From: Takakia lepidozioides
Taxonomy: Eukaryota > Plantae > Bryophyta
Length of the DNA stretch: 64,000 bases
Assembly (NCBI GenBank): GCA_030704615.1
Contig: CM060733.1
Location: forward strand, 16,244,001 to 16,308,000
Reading direction: 5' to 3'
Shown: positions 1 through 12,687 of the stretch, piece after piece
Layout of the letters: every line of letters starts with the position of its first letter
How positions within the stretch are numbered: position 1 is the stretch's first letter
Position numbers and translations under genes: made by a program
The notes under the pieces: model-generated
Seen by the model: only the letters and a program-made list of their open reading frames with translations
Told to the model about the DNA's origin: nothing
Database searches by the model: none

Positions 1-580
1 TAATATAGGGTCTATATAAACTCAACTGTGTCAATCCAATGGTTGAATGTTTTTTTTTTTTTTTTTTGGTCAATTTATGTACTCAATACAGGCTCACGAT
101 CTGCCTTTCATTGTGGGTTTGTGCAAATTCATGCAATTGTTTGCTAAGATTCAAGAGTGGAGAAGAGCACTCCAAACTCATGACCAATTGCCGCCGTTGC
201 AATCGTCCCAAGTGGAGATAGTTGTTCCAAAGAGATCCATGGATAGATGTGCGCAATTTATGTCGAGCTGTGAGTTGATACATTGTGTAGTAGCTTGAGT
301 GTAATTTACAATTCTAGAAAGCAAACGCGGCGAGGTGGTAGCACTGTATGGGCAAAGAACTCAAACAAAATACAACAATGGAGTTACCTGCTGGGGAACA
401 AGGATGCGACATATGCAATGTGAACGTGGGTAGGGCTAACTTACGCGGTAAGCTAGCCATGTGGGTAGAGAAAGGTCAATAAAAAAGGGAGAGAATTTTT
501 TTTCTTGTCACGAAAAGGTCTTGGGACAGCACGCCAAATATAAAAGTTTGCGATGTCGGGCTGTGCTGCCAAGGGGATGA

Positions 581-3037
581 TAGCTTTGAGGACCCGGAGA
601 AGCAGAGGGTGGCGGACGAGGTAATAATAAGACCTAAGTTGGACGCGCCAGGCCAGAGCACAGGTCCTTGTCAACGAGGGTTGACTGACCAGTGTCCCAG
701 TATACCCCGCCGCACACTGCGCTCACTCCCTCACACCATCACTCTCTCTCATCGCCTCCCTTCCTCCCCACCCGCTCTTCCCCGCTACCACCACCCTCAT
801 CTCTCTCTCTCTCTCTCTCGACGTGTCTGACAAATACACTGAGCTACACTCCGTCATCGGCCTCTGCACTACCCACACAGATCGGGTCTTCCTCAACACC
901 ATAATACCATGGGTCCGAAGGCGAAGATATCTGGGCCGGAGCCTTTCGATTACATTGAGAAATGCAGCTCCGATGGACGAGAGAAACAGACCGTGATATC
1001 CGATTTGGATGGCACCCTGGTCAGAGGGCGGAGCTCATTTCCCTACTTCATGCTGGTGGCATTCGAGGCCGGCGGCTTTCTCCGTTCCCTCCTCCTCCTC
1101 CTCTTCGCCCCCATTGCTTGGTTCCTTTATCACTTCGTCTCAGAAGCAGCAGGGATCCAGGTGTTAGTCTTTGTCACCTTTGCTGGTCTCAAAGTGACTC
1201 AAATTGAGACTGTAGCGCGCGCGGTTCTGCCAAAGTTCTACTGCGAGGATCTGCACCCAGAGACATGGCGTGTGTTTTCCCTCCTTTGGGAAGCGCTATG
1301 TTCTGACTGCCAATCCCCGCATAATGGTGGAGACCTTTGCAAAGGAGTATCTGGGTGCCGATGCGGTGCTTGGGTCCGAGATCGAGGTGACCAGGAACGG
1401 GCGCAACAGGTTTCCTCAAAGCCCCCGGTGTCCTTGTGGTGTGAAGAAAAATTGCTTTGAAGGCAGCTTTCGGGACGATGCACCGGACGTTGGCCTGGGC
1501 GACCGCAAGACTGACCACCCCTTCATGGCTCTGTGCAAGGAAGGCTACGTGGTGCCCGCCAACAAGGTACAAGCTGTGCAAAAGGAGGAGCTGCCGAAGC
1601 CGATCGTGTTCCACGACGGGCGGCTTGTGCAACGCCCTACTCCACTCAACGCTCTTCTCACCCTCGTCTGGATGCCTATCGGTTTCCTTCTTGCCGTGCT
1701 TCGGATTGCTGCAGGGTCCTTGCTCCCCATGTCCTTGACATACTACGCTTACGTTGCCCTCGGGGTGCGTGTAAAGGTCACGGGAACACCCCCACCTGCA
1801 GTGAAGGATGGAAAGCAGGGAGTCCTGTTTATCTGCTCCCATCGGACCTTGTTGGACCCCATCTTCCTGTCGGTAGCCCTCGGGCGACCTATCACAGCAG
1901 TCACATACTCCATTTCACGTGTCTCGGAGGCCCTTTCCCCAATCAAGACGGTTGCTTTGACTCGCAACAGAGAGCAAGATGCTGCCAACATCAGCAAGCT
2001 TTTGGAAGAAGGAGACTTAGCCATCTGCCCAGAGGGAACAACATGCCGGGAGCCATTTCTCCTACGATTCTCAGCGCTTTTTGCGGAGCTGACGGACAAG
2101 ATCGCCCCCGTGGCGATGTTCAACAGAATGTCCATGTTCCACGGCACGACCGCCACAGGGTGGAAGGCATGGATCCTTTCTTCTTCTTCATGAACCCAAG
2201 ACCTGTCTACGAGGTTACATTTTTGAACCAACTGCCTATGGAGCTTACATGTGCGGGTGGAAAAACATCGGTGGAGGTAGCCAACTACATCCAAAGGGTT
2301 ATTGCAGGGACACTGAGTTTCCAGTGCACAAACTTCACTCGCAGGGACAAGTACAAGGTTCTCGCTGGGAATGACGGCAGCGTGCCCGCAAAGACCAAGT
2401 CGCATTCCACCGGCAAGATTACTAGTTGCTAGTGCCCGAACTCGGCCATTGTAAGCTGCCACCCCCGATCTGAAGGAGACTGTTTTTCTTGCACGAATTC
2501 AGTGAATGGGTGTAACTTGATGGAGCGACTTGACTCGCTACTAAACTAGACCTTTGCCTGCGAGCTGCAGCCATTCATAGAATCTGCATTTCTCAATTCT
2601 TGGGATTTCTCTCAAAGAGAGAGGGCCCTTACTTTCAGTATACAGAACTTCACTGTAGAGTCGATCCATCCAAAACAATTGTAGTCTTAGAAACTCCAAA
2701 TTTAGAAAACAGAGTTTCCCATTGTACATATTGTACCATGAAGAGAATTTGCGTACTGCACAACTTGCAGGTACCATCTTCAATTAATCAAATTGATCCT
2801 GGAGTTCAGATGATGTTCACGAATTGTTTCTTTCAGATGGTCGTCCTCCTCAGGACTCACAAAATTTATTGTGCCAACCCACGGTCATTCTCCTCGCTGA
2901 CTGGATTACTCAATGGATCACGTCTTTGCTAACTGTACATACATCGAGTAAATAGAGAAGTACCTGCATTGACATTCATTTTCAGCAGTAATTTACACCA
3001 TGAATCTTGATCAGGATTGTGCTGCTATAGTCAACAT
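581..3037. repeat. Left arm of GPAT inverted repeat (partner ~10260-12687)
   Basis: tagctttgaggacccgg at 581 is the reverse complement of sequence ending at 12687; near-identical to ~2890, diverged homology to ~3037. Confidence 0.95.
909..2432 (+). CDS. GPAT: sn-2 glycerol-3-phosphate acyltransferase/phosphatase (GPAT4/6/8-like), copy 1; frameshifted in this sequence, probably indel errors
   Basis: Three overlapping ORF pieces reconstitute the 509-aa protein at 47031-48560; motifs [24 protein letters not shown]. Confidence 0.9.
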
Positions 3038-3187
3038 TTCAAGAACCCCACCCCAAGTGGCAGACTGTCAAGAAGTTATGCCAGAAACTCATCTAGAGCT
3101 GGATACGAGCTTCACAAAAATTACCAGACTCCGTCATTTGGTATGTTTCGAGCTGTCAAGTGCAAGTTCCAGACTTCTTCATTTTAC

Positions 3188-3266
3188 GTACATGGTTCTC
3201 GCCCGCTGGGAATGATGGTAGCGTGCCCACCAAGTCGCCAGTAGAAAGAGCTGACACTAGTTGGTA
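3188..3266 (+). pseudogene. Short degenerate relic of the GPAT 3' coding end
   Basis: tacatggttctcgcccgctgggaatgatggtagcgtgcccaccaagtcgc resembles tacaaggttctcgctgggaatgacggcagcgtgcccgcaaagaccaagtcgc at ~2352-2403. Confidence 0.7.
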
Positions 3267-4589
3267 CTTACACTTCCACTTCCCCATCAAAAGCTAACAT
3301 GGTGCCCCGCTATTTTCTAACTTACAGAGATTACTATACAGAACGATGCCCATATGTCAAAACTCTAGAGCCTTTGAGCATCATTCTGTTACACGAACTT
3401 TCAAACTCCAAGCTGTTAAACTTACTTTGCTTTCAGTTACTTTTGCTTTCAGCAATAGTTGAACAGTTTGAGGAGATCATCTAAGACTGAGAAACAGAGC
3501 ATTTGTTAAGAACGATGTATTTATTCATAGCTCACTGCAGTAAACAGTTGCGGTCACTCTGAAGAGAATATCTTGACCTGCCTACAACCCAAAACCCCAT
3601 GGCCCTAAAGCTGTGAACAAGGCATGTCGATGGTACCTTGCTTAGCTCTCCTAGTTGTACACAGTATTAGATGTGTCTCAAGAACTCGCCTGCAAAAACG
3701 AGCTTAAACAGAGCTGCCAATGATGTGAAGAGTTTGGAAGTTCTGCTCCAAAAGTCTCTTCTGCACAGTGCAGATGGACATAGGATGCTGACTTCGGTAT
3801 TCCAGATATGTCAAACATTCTTTCTAGCACCAAGTCATTTCAATATGCATCACTTACTATCTAGACTAAATGCACTAGTTAAGAATCTTGAGTTTGTGAG
3901 ATAAACAAAGATGGATCCGGATATGTATAGGCCTGGAAAGTGGGTGGAGTAGAAGCCAGCTGCGTATGGGTTGCATAGTAGAAAGAGTGCTGGTCCTGGA
4001 TTTTGAGGAAGTAGTTGTTCTGCAGAGAGGCTGTATGGTTTGAAGAAAGTTGAAACATACATATCTACATGTCCTCGAGTTCCGCGTTCTCGAGTCTAGA
4101 AGAGAAGTTATGGGGGGCTAATTAGTGGGGGTTGGAGCAATTGCAATCTTGTCAAGAACATTATAGAGCTCTGGGAGGGGCGGCAAGCATCATTCCTCAT
4201 TTTATGCTTGGCGACACCTGCATCATGTTTAGAGCTCTGATGCATGCATTAGAAATCCAAATACTTTTAACCTCCAATCGCTCTGGCTTGTTGGCTCTAG
4301 AGATCTTGTTCTCGAGAGGGCTTCTTTAGCAGCACCAATACCAGCCCTGAAATCAGCACTCGGTGAACTTGCGACTTGGGTGGGCATAGGGGCTGTGCAT
4401 GAGACTAATGGTGATTTTAGCGTTGACAGCCTGGTAGGTTTTTGCCCGGGCAAACCACTGTTTTCAAGGGTATGCGTAACCAATCCTCAAGAGCAGTGAA
4501 TTAGTAAGTTTCACAGAGCTGGACAAAGTCTTGGTCTCTCATCCACGTAATGGTATCAACCCCCTTTTGGTGAGATTGACAACAAGCCT

Positions 4590-5480
4590 GTGGTTGTATT
4601 TGCTGCAGATCATACCCACTACAGAGCAGCTGTGATTGAAGCAGGACCAGCTGGACTAGCAGTGGTGGCCACCTTGTTGGACACCGAATGTACACCCATC
4701 CTGTGGATTGATCCCCACTTCCAGGCCGGTCGCCTCTCCACGTACAAAGAAGTACCAAGCAATACCAAGGTGAAACTGTTTCAGCAGTTTGTGACAATTT
4801 TACCTAGCTTAGTGCAATTTCCTGACAAGGCTCTCTCTCCCTTTCTTGGGAGGGATCCTGACAGCGGGTGCCCTCTCTCTCTTGCAGTTGATGGTGAAGA
4901 CTCTTATCCATGGCATATGGACAGTGGCTACATGCTGACCCCCTCACATTCCAAAACGGGTGGCCCCTTTCGATACAATTGAAATAGTGGGAAGCAGCCA
5001 AGTTCAGCTGTGCTGGTGGCGCTCAAGAATCTGCGTGAATGTGAACAACGACCTCAAAAGCTAATCAACTTTTCTGGTCAGCCTCTATTGTACGCAAGCT
5101 ACATGCCAGACAACTGGATTTTGTTTGATAATACAGGGCTCAAGGGAGTGGCGGCTGACTGGGCCAGGGTGAATTTGGAAACAGAGAATTGGAAAGGGAG
5201 AAGCTTCTAGAACGTGTTTGTGTGAAGGATATGTGTATCAAAGAACAGGAGGAGCTTTGGAAGAAATGTACCAAACTTGTAGGTGCAGTTGGGTATAATC
5301 GACACCCCTTACCCAAAATTTCAGTGAACAGCCACCAACTGACTAAAGTTGAGTATGATCCACATAGAGGGAAAATTGCTGATAGTCTTTTCAGATTTGG
5401 AACAGCATTTCCTGAGCAACAGTGGATCCCTATGGTAAGGAAGAGTATGCTGACGTGGGATTATGGAAGTTCATGGAGTA
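4590..5480 (+). pseudogene. FAD-dependent pyridine nucleotide-disulfide oxidoreductase-like relic
   Basis: AAVIEAGPAGLAVV (degenerate GxGxxG), EVPSNTKV, WILFDNTGLKG, and in a shifted frame VDPYGKEEYADVGLWKFMEY; frameshifts present in both duplicate copies; abuts copia fragment. Confidence 0.7.
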
Positions 5481-8400
5481 CTCACTGGTTTGCAAAAGCT
5501 CATTCCAAACTTATTCAAAATAGTTTGAATATACTTCTTCTGACTTAAGTGTAAAGTACCCTTGTCCCTGTCTCGTTCAACTTGAATACCCATAAAATAA
5601 TGAATGTCTCTAAGATCCGTCATATCAAATGTAGCATGTAAACGTTGTTTTGCATGTTTCAATGCTTCCACATCATTGCTGACTAAAATTGAGTCATCTA
5701 CATATAGTGCAATGAGTACAAACTTGTCCTCTTTGAATTTAATGTACACATTACTATCTGCTGGAGATGCCACAAACCTTCAAAGATTAAATAACCATTA
5801 AACTTCTGGAACCAGGCTCGAGGTGACTGTTTCAAGCCATATAGGATTTTTATCAACTTACAGACCAAGTCTTCTTCTCCTGGAGCAATGAGCCCTTGAG
5901 GCCGCTCCATATAAACCTCCTCCTCCAAATCTCCATTTAAGAAGGCGGTTTTCACGTCCATTTGATGGACCTCCAGATTTGATAGTGCGGCAATAGCCAA
6001 AATAGTCATGATAGAAGATATCTTTGCAACAGGTGAAAATGTCTCATTATAATCCACTCCTTCTCTTTGAGAAAAGCTCTTGCAACTAGTCTGGCTTTAT
6101 ACCTTTCCACTGATCCATCTGCTTTAAGTTTGAGTTTATAGATCCACTTACATCCAACAGTCTTTCTCCCTTGTGGAAGTTTAGTTAGCTTCCAAGTACC
6201 ATTCTTTAGTAAGGATGCAAACTCTTTATTCATAGCCTCTTGCCATCTTGACGACTCTCTACAACTGAGAGCTTCCTTAAATGACATTGGCTCTTCATTT
6301 TCAACAAGCATTGTTTGTGACAAATCGAGAGATTTCTCTCTCTCATGGACCTGCGAACTTGGATATCAAGTTGAGCCCTAGGTGCTTGTAGTTGAGGTTG
6401 AGCCACTTGAACATTTGCTGGAATATACTTGGCTATGGTGTCTCTATTTCCTCATCAGCCAGAGTCACAATCTTTCGTCCATGTCCAAACCTAGATCCAC
6501 ATCTGATCCCTTCTCAGGCTCACCACCTCGAAGTGTCTTTGGTTTCCATGCTTCATTGAAAACCACATCAGGACTAACTAACAAGACTTTGTTAGCTAGA
6601 TCAAACAACCGATAAGATTTACTGGCTTCCGAATAACCCACAAAAATACTTTCTCTTCTCCTTAGTGACCAGTCCAAACTTCTTCTGGTGTCCTTCCTGG
6701 CACAGCACTTGTAGGTACCCTGTTTAATACATAGTTGGCGTTGCACAACATCTGCCCACCATTTGTTGTCTAACCCACTATGCTTCAACATTGTCCTTGC
6801 TGCTTCTACCAATGACCGGTTCTTACGTTCAGCCACCCCGTTTCTGCTCTGGGGTGTAATGAGCAGACAATTGATGCTCAATTCCTTCTCTCATGCAAAA
6901 TTGAGCAAAAACATTTGACTTGTACTCCCCTCCATTGTCAGAGCGCAATTTCTTGACTCGCTTCCCTGTCTGTGTTTCCACCAGAGACTTATAGATCTTG
7001 AACTTGTCTAAAACTTCACTTTTATTCTTCAGAAAATAAACTAGTGTTCTTCTAGACAAATCATCTATGAACGTCATAAAGTATTTTGCTCCTCCAATTG
7101 ATTGTTTGCATGGGGCCGCAAACGTCTGAATGTACAAGTCCAACAACTCCACAGCACGACTTCCTCCTCCTTTAGGAAATAAATGCCTATGTTGTTTGCC
7201 AATATGCACTCTTCACAAAAAGAGGTTCCAACTGAGCAATCAATATTGAAATCTTGAACCATGTTCTTAGAATGCATCAGACGTAGAGTTTTAATACTGA
7301 GATGGGCCAGCCTACGATGCCAAAGATCAACTCTTCTGTCTTTGACGATTAAGGCACTTTCAGACGCTTTATCGACTAAAGAAGCACACAACTTATACAA
7401 GTTACCTTCTCTCACCCCCTTCGCCACCACATCTCCATCTGTTGTCTTCAAAAGACAATAATTAGCATAAAACTCAAGTTGTAATCCAGAGTCAGTAACT
7501 TTACTCACTGACAATAAATTCTTGGTCAACCCTGGAACAAATAACACATCATCTATATACTTCTTTCTTTCTTCTTGCATAAAACAAATCTGGCCTTGAC
7601 CCTGAATTATGTGACTACTGTCGTCTCCCAAGTAAAACTGCCGAACAAGATCCCATTGTTTGTACTTTACAAACAGATCTTTGTTAGAGGTCATATGTTG
7701 AGAAGCCCCCGAGTCAATATACCAGTCATCAAGATCCTTTGAGAAAGAAGTAGAAAGAGCTGTAACAAATAATTTCTCACAATCAATACTATCAGCATCC
7801 TCCACTGAATGAGCTTGGGTATTTCCATCTCCCTTCTTCATCTGCCCGTCTGTCATTCTCTTCCTACATTGCTTCGCCATGTGACCGACTTTCTTGCAAT
7901 AAAAGCATTTACCCTTAAATTCTTTTTTCGTAGGTGTAAGAGAATCACTTGACAAACCATTTGATGATCCTTTTGTTGGTGTACTACTAAGACTCATATT
8001 GTTATTTTTATTTGCTTATGAGGTTCCTTTCTTTTTATTAAGACCTGATTTCCTTCCAGCAAATAAAGCAACACTCTCAGTTGTCCCAACCCCGAAATCT
8101 CTTCGCCTCATCTCTTCTTGTAGTAGCATTCCAGTTACCCTTTCTATAGTCAACGCTTGCTGACTACTAAGAGAAATGACTAGGCTATCAAAATTCTGGT
8201 AGACTACCTAATAAGGTGACTACCTGATCGTCTACAGACACAGGAGACCCTACCCCTGCCAATTGATCAATCAATGATCTAAAGTTACTAACATGCTCTG
8301 CTATAGATTCTGATTCAGACATTTTTAAACGGAGCAGTCGTCTTTAAATAAAGCTTAGAAGTAACATCTTTTGTTTCAAATACTGTCACTAAATGATCCC

Positions 8401-8751
8401 ACGCTGCCTTAGATGTTGTAGCTTGACTAACGTGCAAAAGCTGAGAGTTTTTTAAGTTTAATAGGATTGATGCAAGTATTTTTCCATCTCTCTTCTCCCA
8501 CTCTTTCACAACATTTTGATCTGTAGCAGCAGGCTTCGCTTCAGTCCCGTCTACTATGGACCAAAGATCTCTATCTAATAATAGCATTCGGATCTTAAGC
8601 TTCCAAATATGGAAATTTTCTCCATAAAACGTATCTATTAAACGGAGTTTTCCCGAGTTCCTGACTACTCCAGCCATGCTTACGAATTGATCTAGTTCTC
8701 TCTTAGAAACGACACTGTCTTTCCGCCTTGCTCTCTAAGTGGCTCTAATAC
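5471..8751 (-). mobile_element. Truncated Ty1/copia retrotransposon (gag-protease-integrase-RT), no LTRs seen
   Basis: Gag start at 8677, CFYCKKVGHMAKQC knuckle, WYIDSGAS protease, LRSDNGGEY and NGVAERKNR integrase, QMDVKTAFLNG and LYVDD RT; degenerate iMet PBS (gtattagagcc on minus) at 8741-8751; ends inside RT. Confidence 0.92.
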
Positions 8752-10259
8752 TCGGCAGCCCCTTCATTGATGGTAAAAGGGATCTCGGGAGATCGAGGCC
8801 TCTTCTTCTTACCTTGTCAAGTCTATGGGATTTTAGGAAGTGTGACAGTACTTTTGACACATTTTTAGGGAAATGATATGATTTTTTACATAAAAGCTTT
8901 CCTTTACTCTGTAACTCCTTCATTTCTTCTCTCTTGCTGCCTCTATATCTAAACATCTTTGAAAATTTCAAGGCCAAGCCTAAAGCCATGGCCCTTCTGG
9001 GGTCTTAACTGCAGGGCAGATCACACACACAGCATACTGATGCTTGTGTGTAGGGCTCTCTAGAGGAAATCTGATTTAAGCCCAAACAATTGTTAGTGCC
9101 CAGCAAACCAGGACTTGATTGGAGCAACGAAAACATTCTTAACATGAGGATTTTGCAGTGGTGCCAGCAGCAATCGAACCTGTACAGATCTGTAGTCCTA
9201 CTCGGTTCCATGAAATTCAAAGAGACAACAGGTCTTCTGGGAGAAAACATGCAGCTGCATCCTCAATCAGAGGTGATGGGGATATCAAGATTGTCCTGTT
9301 TTGAAGAGCTTCCCTAGTCATTCGACTGCAGACAAGATTGTGGCACAGGTGTAGGGAGAATGCCCAATGAGCTGGAGACGGGAGATTCGTTTCCAGGCTC
9401 CGATCCAGACGTCTGCTAGCACCAGCCGTGGGACGCCCCATTGTCGATGAGCGCCTATTAATTATGAAAGTAAATTATGACTTGTCAAGCGTTGTCTGTT
9501 TCTAACTTCGACTTTCCAGGAATGGGCAGAAATACATCATGTGCGATTTCACTGTATATATTTCCGATGCACAAGCTGCAGTAGAAGAGCATACTTCCCA
9601 GTCACATCTGGAAGAGCCCGTGTGGTGTAGACAGGCCTCCTCTTGGCGACCCCCCGGATATGCGTCAACAGCATGCATCCCAGGTGTACAAATGTGGCCC
9701 AGGATCATGCACATTTCCTAGGTAAGATTTCATTTGAATTATCTGATGTCGATTCCGGTCCGTGGATGGTGGTGGAGAAGCTTCGTAGTTGGGAAATGCC
9801 AAATGTAATCTGAGCTGTAGGCTGCTCCGAGGAAAGTTGTTTAAAGTTACACTGAGTTTCCAAAAACATCCCTTGATTTTCAGCTCCCCAGGTGAGGCAA
9901 TTTGGAGCTGAAACTGCAGCCTGGCCGGCTAACTGCCCGCTTTCAAAAAAACACGGAGATGATTTGGCAAGTCGGATCCGTATAGATTCATGATCCTGTA
10001 TGTGTGTATTTGTTTAATTAGAGAACACAAACCAGTTGAGCATTCATGAATGACGATAACCGGTCATTGATCCTGAATTCAATCAGAGCTGCGAGTTGAA
10101 CGACGTCGAGGACCAAGAACCCAGACTTTGATCTTGCTGTTAATAGTGCCGCACCGCAACCAACGCTACCAGGAACTATCAGTCAGTGATATTGACGACT
10201 GAATTTGGGGGATCTCATCATATCAAAGAGACATGCTTGCGTGAAACCGCCTTGTCAAC

Positions 10260-12687
10260 AATGTTGACTATCCCAGCACAATCCTGAGGAAGATTCATGA
10301 ATATCATTGCAGGTACTCGTGTCTATCTAATCCACAGTTAGCAAAGACGTGATCCATTGAGTACTTCAACTGTCAGCTAGAAGAATGACCGTGGGTTGGC
10401 ACAAAAATTTTTGTGAGTCCTGAGGAGGACGACCATCTGAAAGAAACAATTCGTGAACATCATCTGAACTCCAGGATCAATTTGATTAATTGAAGATGGT
10501 ACCTGCAAGTTGTGCAGTACGCAAATTCTCTTCATGGTACAATATGTACAATGGGAAACTCTGTTTTCTAAATTTGGAGTTTCTAAGACTACAATTGTTT
10601 TGGATGGATCGACTCTACAGTGAAGTTCTGTATACTGAAAGTAAGGGCCCTCTCTCTTTGAGAGAAATCCCAAGAATTGAGAAACGCAGATTCTATGAAT
10701 GGCTGCAGCTCGCAGGCAAAGGTCTAGTTTAGCGAGTCAAGTCGCTCCATCAAGTTACACCCATTCACTGAATTCGTGCAAGAAAAACAGTCTCCTTCAG
10801 ATCGGTGGGGTGGCAGCTTACAATGGCCGAGTTCGGGCACTAGCAACTAGTAATCTAGCCGGTGGAATGCGACTTGGTCTTTGCGGGCACGCTGCCGTCA
10901 TTCCCAGCGAGAACCTTGTACTTGTCCCTGCGAGTGAAGTTTGTGCACTGGAAACTCAGTGTCCCTGCAATAACCCTTTGGATGTAGTTGGCTACCTCCA
11001 CCGATGTTTTTCCACCCGCACATGTAAGCTCCATAGGCAGTTGGTTCAAAAATGTAACCTCGTAGACAGGTCTTGGGTTCATGAAGAAGAAGAAAGGATC
11101 CATGCCCTTCCACCCTGTGGCGGTCGTGCCGTGGAACATGGACATTCTGTTGAACATCGCCACGGGGGCGATCTTGTCCGTCAGCTCCGCAAAAAGCGCT
11201 GAGAATCGTAGGAGAAATGGCTCCCGGCATGTTGTTCCCTCTGGGCAGATGGCTAAGTCTCCTTCTTCCAAAAGCTTGCTGATGTTGGCAGCATCTTGCT
11301 CTCTGTTGCGAGTCAAGCAACCGTCTTGATTGGGGAAAGGGCCTCCGAGACACGTGAAATGGAGTATGTGACTGCTGTGATAGGTCGCCCGAGGGCTACC
11401 GACAGGAAGATGGGGTCCAACAAGGTCCGATGGGAGCAGATAAACAGGACTCCCTGCTTTCCATCCTTCACTGCAGGTGGGGTGTTCCCGTGACCTTTAC
11501 ACGCACCCCGAGGGCAACGTAAGCGTAGTATGTCAAGGACATGGGGAGCAAGGACCCTGCAGCAATCCGAAGCACGGCAAGAAGGAAACCGATAGGCATC
11601 CAGACGAGGGTGAGAAGAGCGTTGAGTGGAGTAGGGCGTTGCACAAGCCGCCCGTCGTGGAACACGATCGGCTTCGGCAGCTCCTCCTTTTGCACAGCTT
11701 GTACCTTGTTGGCGGGCACCACGTAGCCTTCCTTGCACAGCCATGAAGGGGTGGTCAGTCTTGCGGTCGCCCAGGCCAACGTCCGGTGCATCGTCCCCGA
11801 AAGCTGCCTTCAAAGCAATTTCTTTCTTCACACCCACAAGGACACCGGGGGCTTTGAGGAAACCTGTTGCGCGCCCGTTCCTGGTCACCTCGATCTCGGA
11901 CCCAAGCACCGCATCGGCACCCAGATACTCCTTTGCAAAGGTCTCCACCATTATGCGGGGATTGGCAGTCAGAACATAGCGCTTCCCAAAGGAGGAAAAC
12001 ACACGCCATGTCTCTGGGTGCAGATCCTCGCAGTAGAACTTTGGCAGAACCGCGCGCGCTACAGTCTCAATTTGAGTCACTTTGAGACCAGCAAAGGTGA
12101 CAAAGACTAACACCTGGATCCCTGCTGCTTCTGAGACGAAGTGATAAAGGAACCAAGCAATGGGGGCGAAGAGGAGGAGGAGGAGGAACGGAGAAAGCCG
12201 CCGGCCTCGAATGCCACCAGCATGAAGTAGGGAAATGAGCTCCGCCCTCTGACCAGGGTGCCATCCAAATCGGATATCACGGTCTGTTTCTCTCGTCCAT
12301 CGGAGCTGCATTTCTCAATGTAATCGAAAGGCTCCGGCCCAGATATCTTCGCCTTCGGACCCATGGTATTATGGTGTTGAGGAAGACCCGATCTGTGTGG
12401 GTAGTGCAGAGGCCGATGACGGAGTGTAGCTCAGTGTATTTGTCAGACACGTCGGAGAGAGAGAGAGAGATGAGGGTGGTGGTAGCGGGGAAGAGCGGGT
12501 GGGGAGAAGGGAGGCGATGAGAGAGAGTGATGGTGTGAGGGAGTGAGCGCAGTGTGCGGGTAATATACTGGGACACTGGTCAGTCAACCCTCGTTGACAA
12601 GGACCTGTGCTCTGGCCTGGCGCGTCCAACTTAGGTCTTATTATTACCTCGTCCGCCACCCTCTGCTTCTCCGGGTCCTCAAAGCTA
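10260..12687. repeat. Right arm of GPAT inverted repeat
   Basis: Reverse complement of 581-3037. Confidence 0.95.
10855..12364 (-). CDS. GPAT: GPAT4/6/8-like copy 2 (504-aa variant ending HSTG); frameshifted in this sequence
   Basis: ORF pieces match the intact 57008-58522 copy; same AAG>TAG early stop. Confidence 0.88.

Noticed and set aside
1189-2462. Long antisense and alternate-frame ORFs over GPAT (also at the other three copies)
   Set aside because: Shadow frames of a GC-rich CDS with no recognisable motifs
8760-10250. Possible copia 5' LTR or coding relic
   Set aside because: No TG...CA-bounded repeat or partner LTR; ORFs uninformative
909-12364. GPAT copies 1 and 2 as true pseudogenes
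   Set aside because: Lesions are mostly 1-3 bp deletions in short runs with almost no substitutions versus the intact copies, which is typical of long-read consensus error
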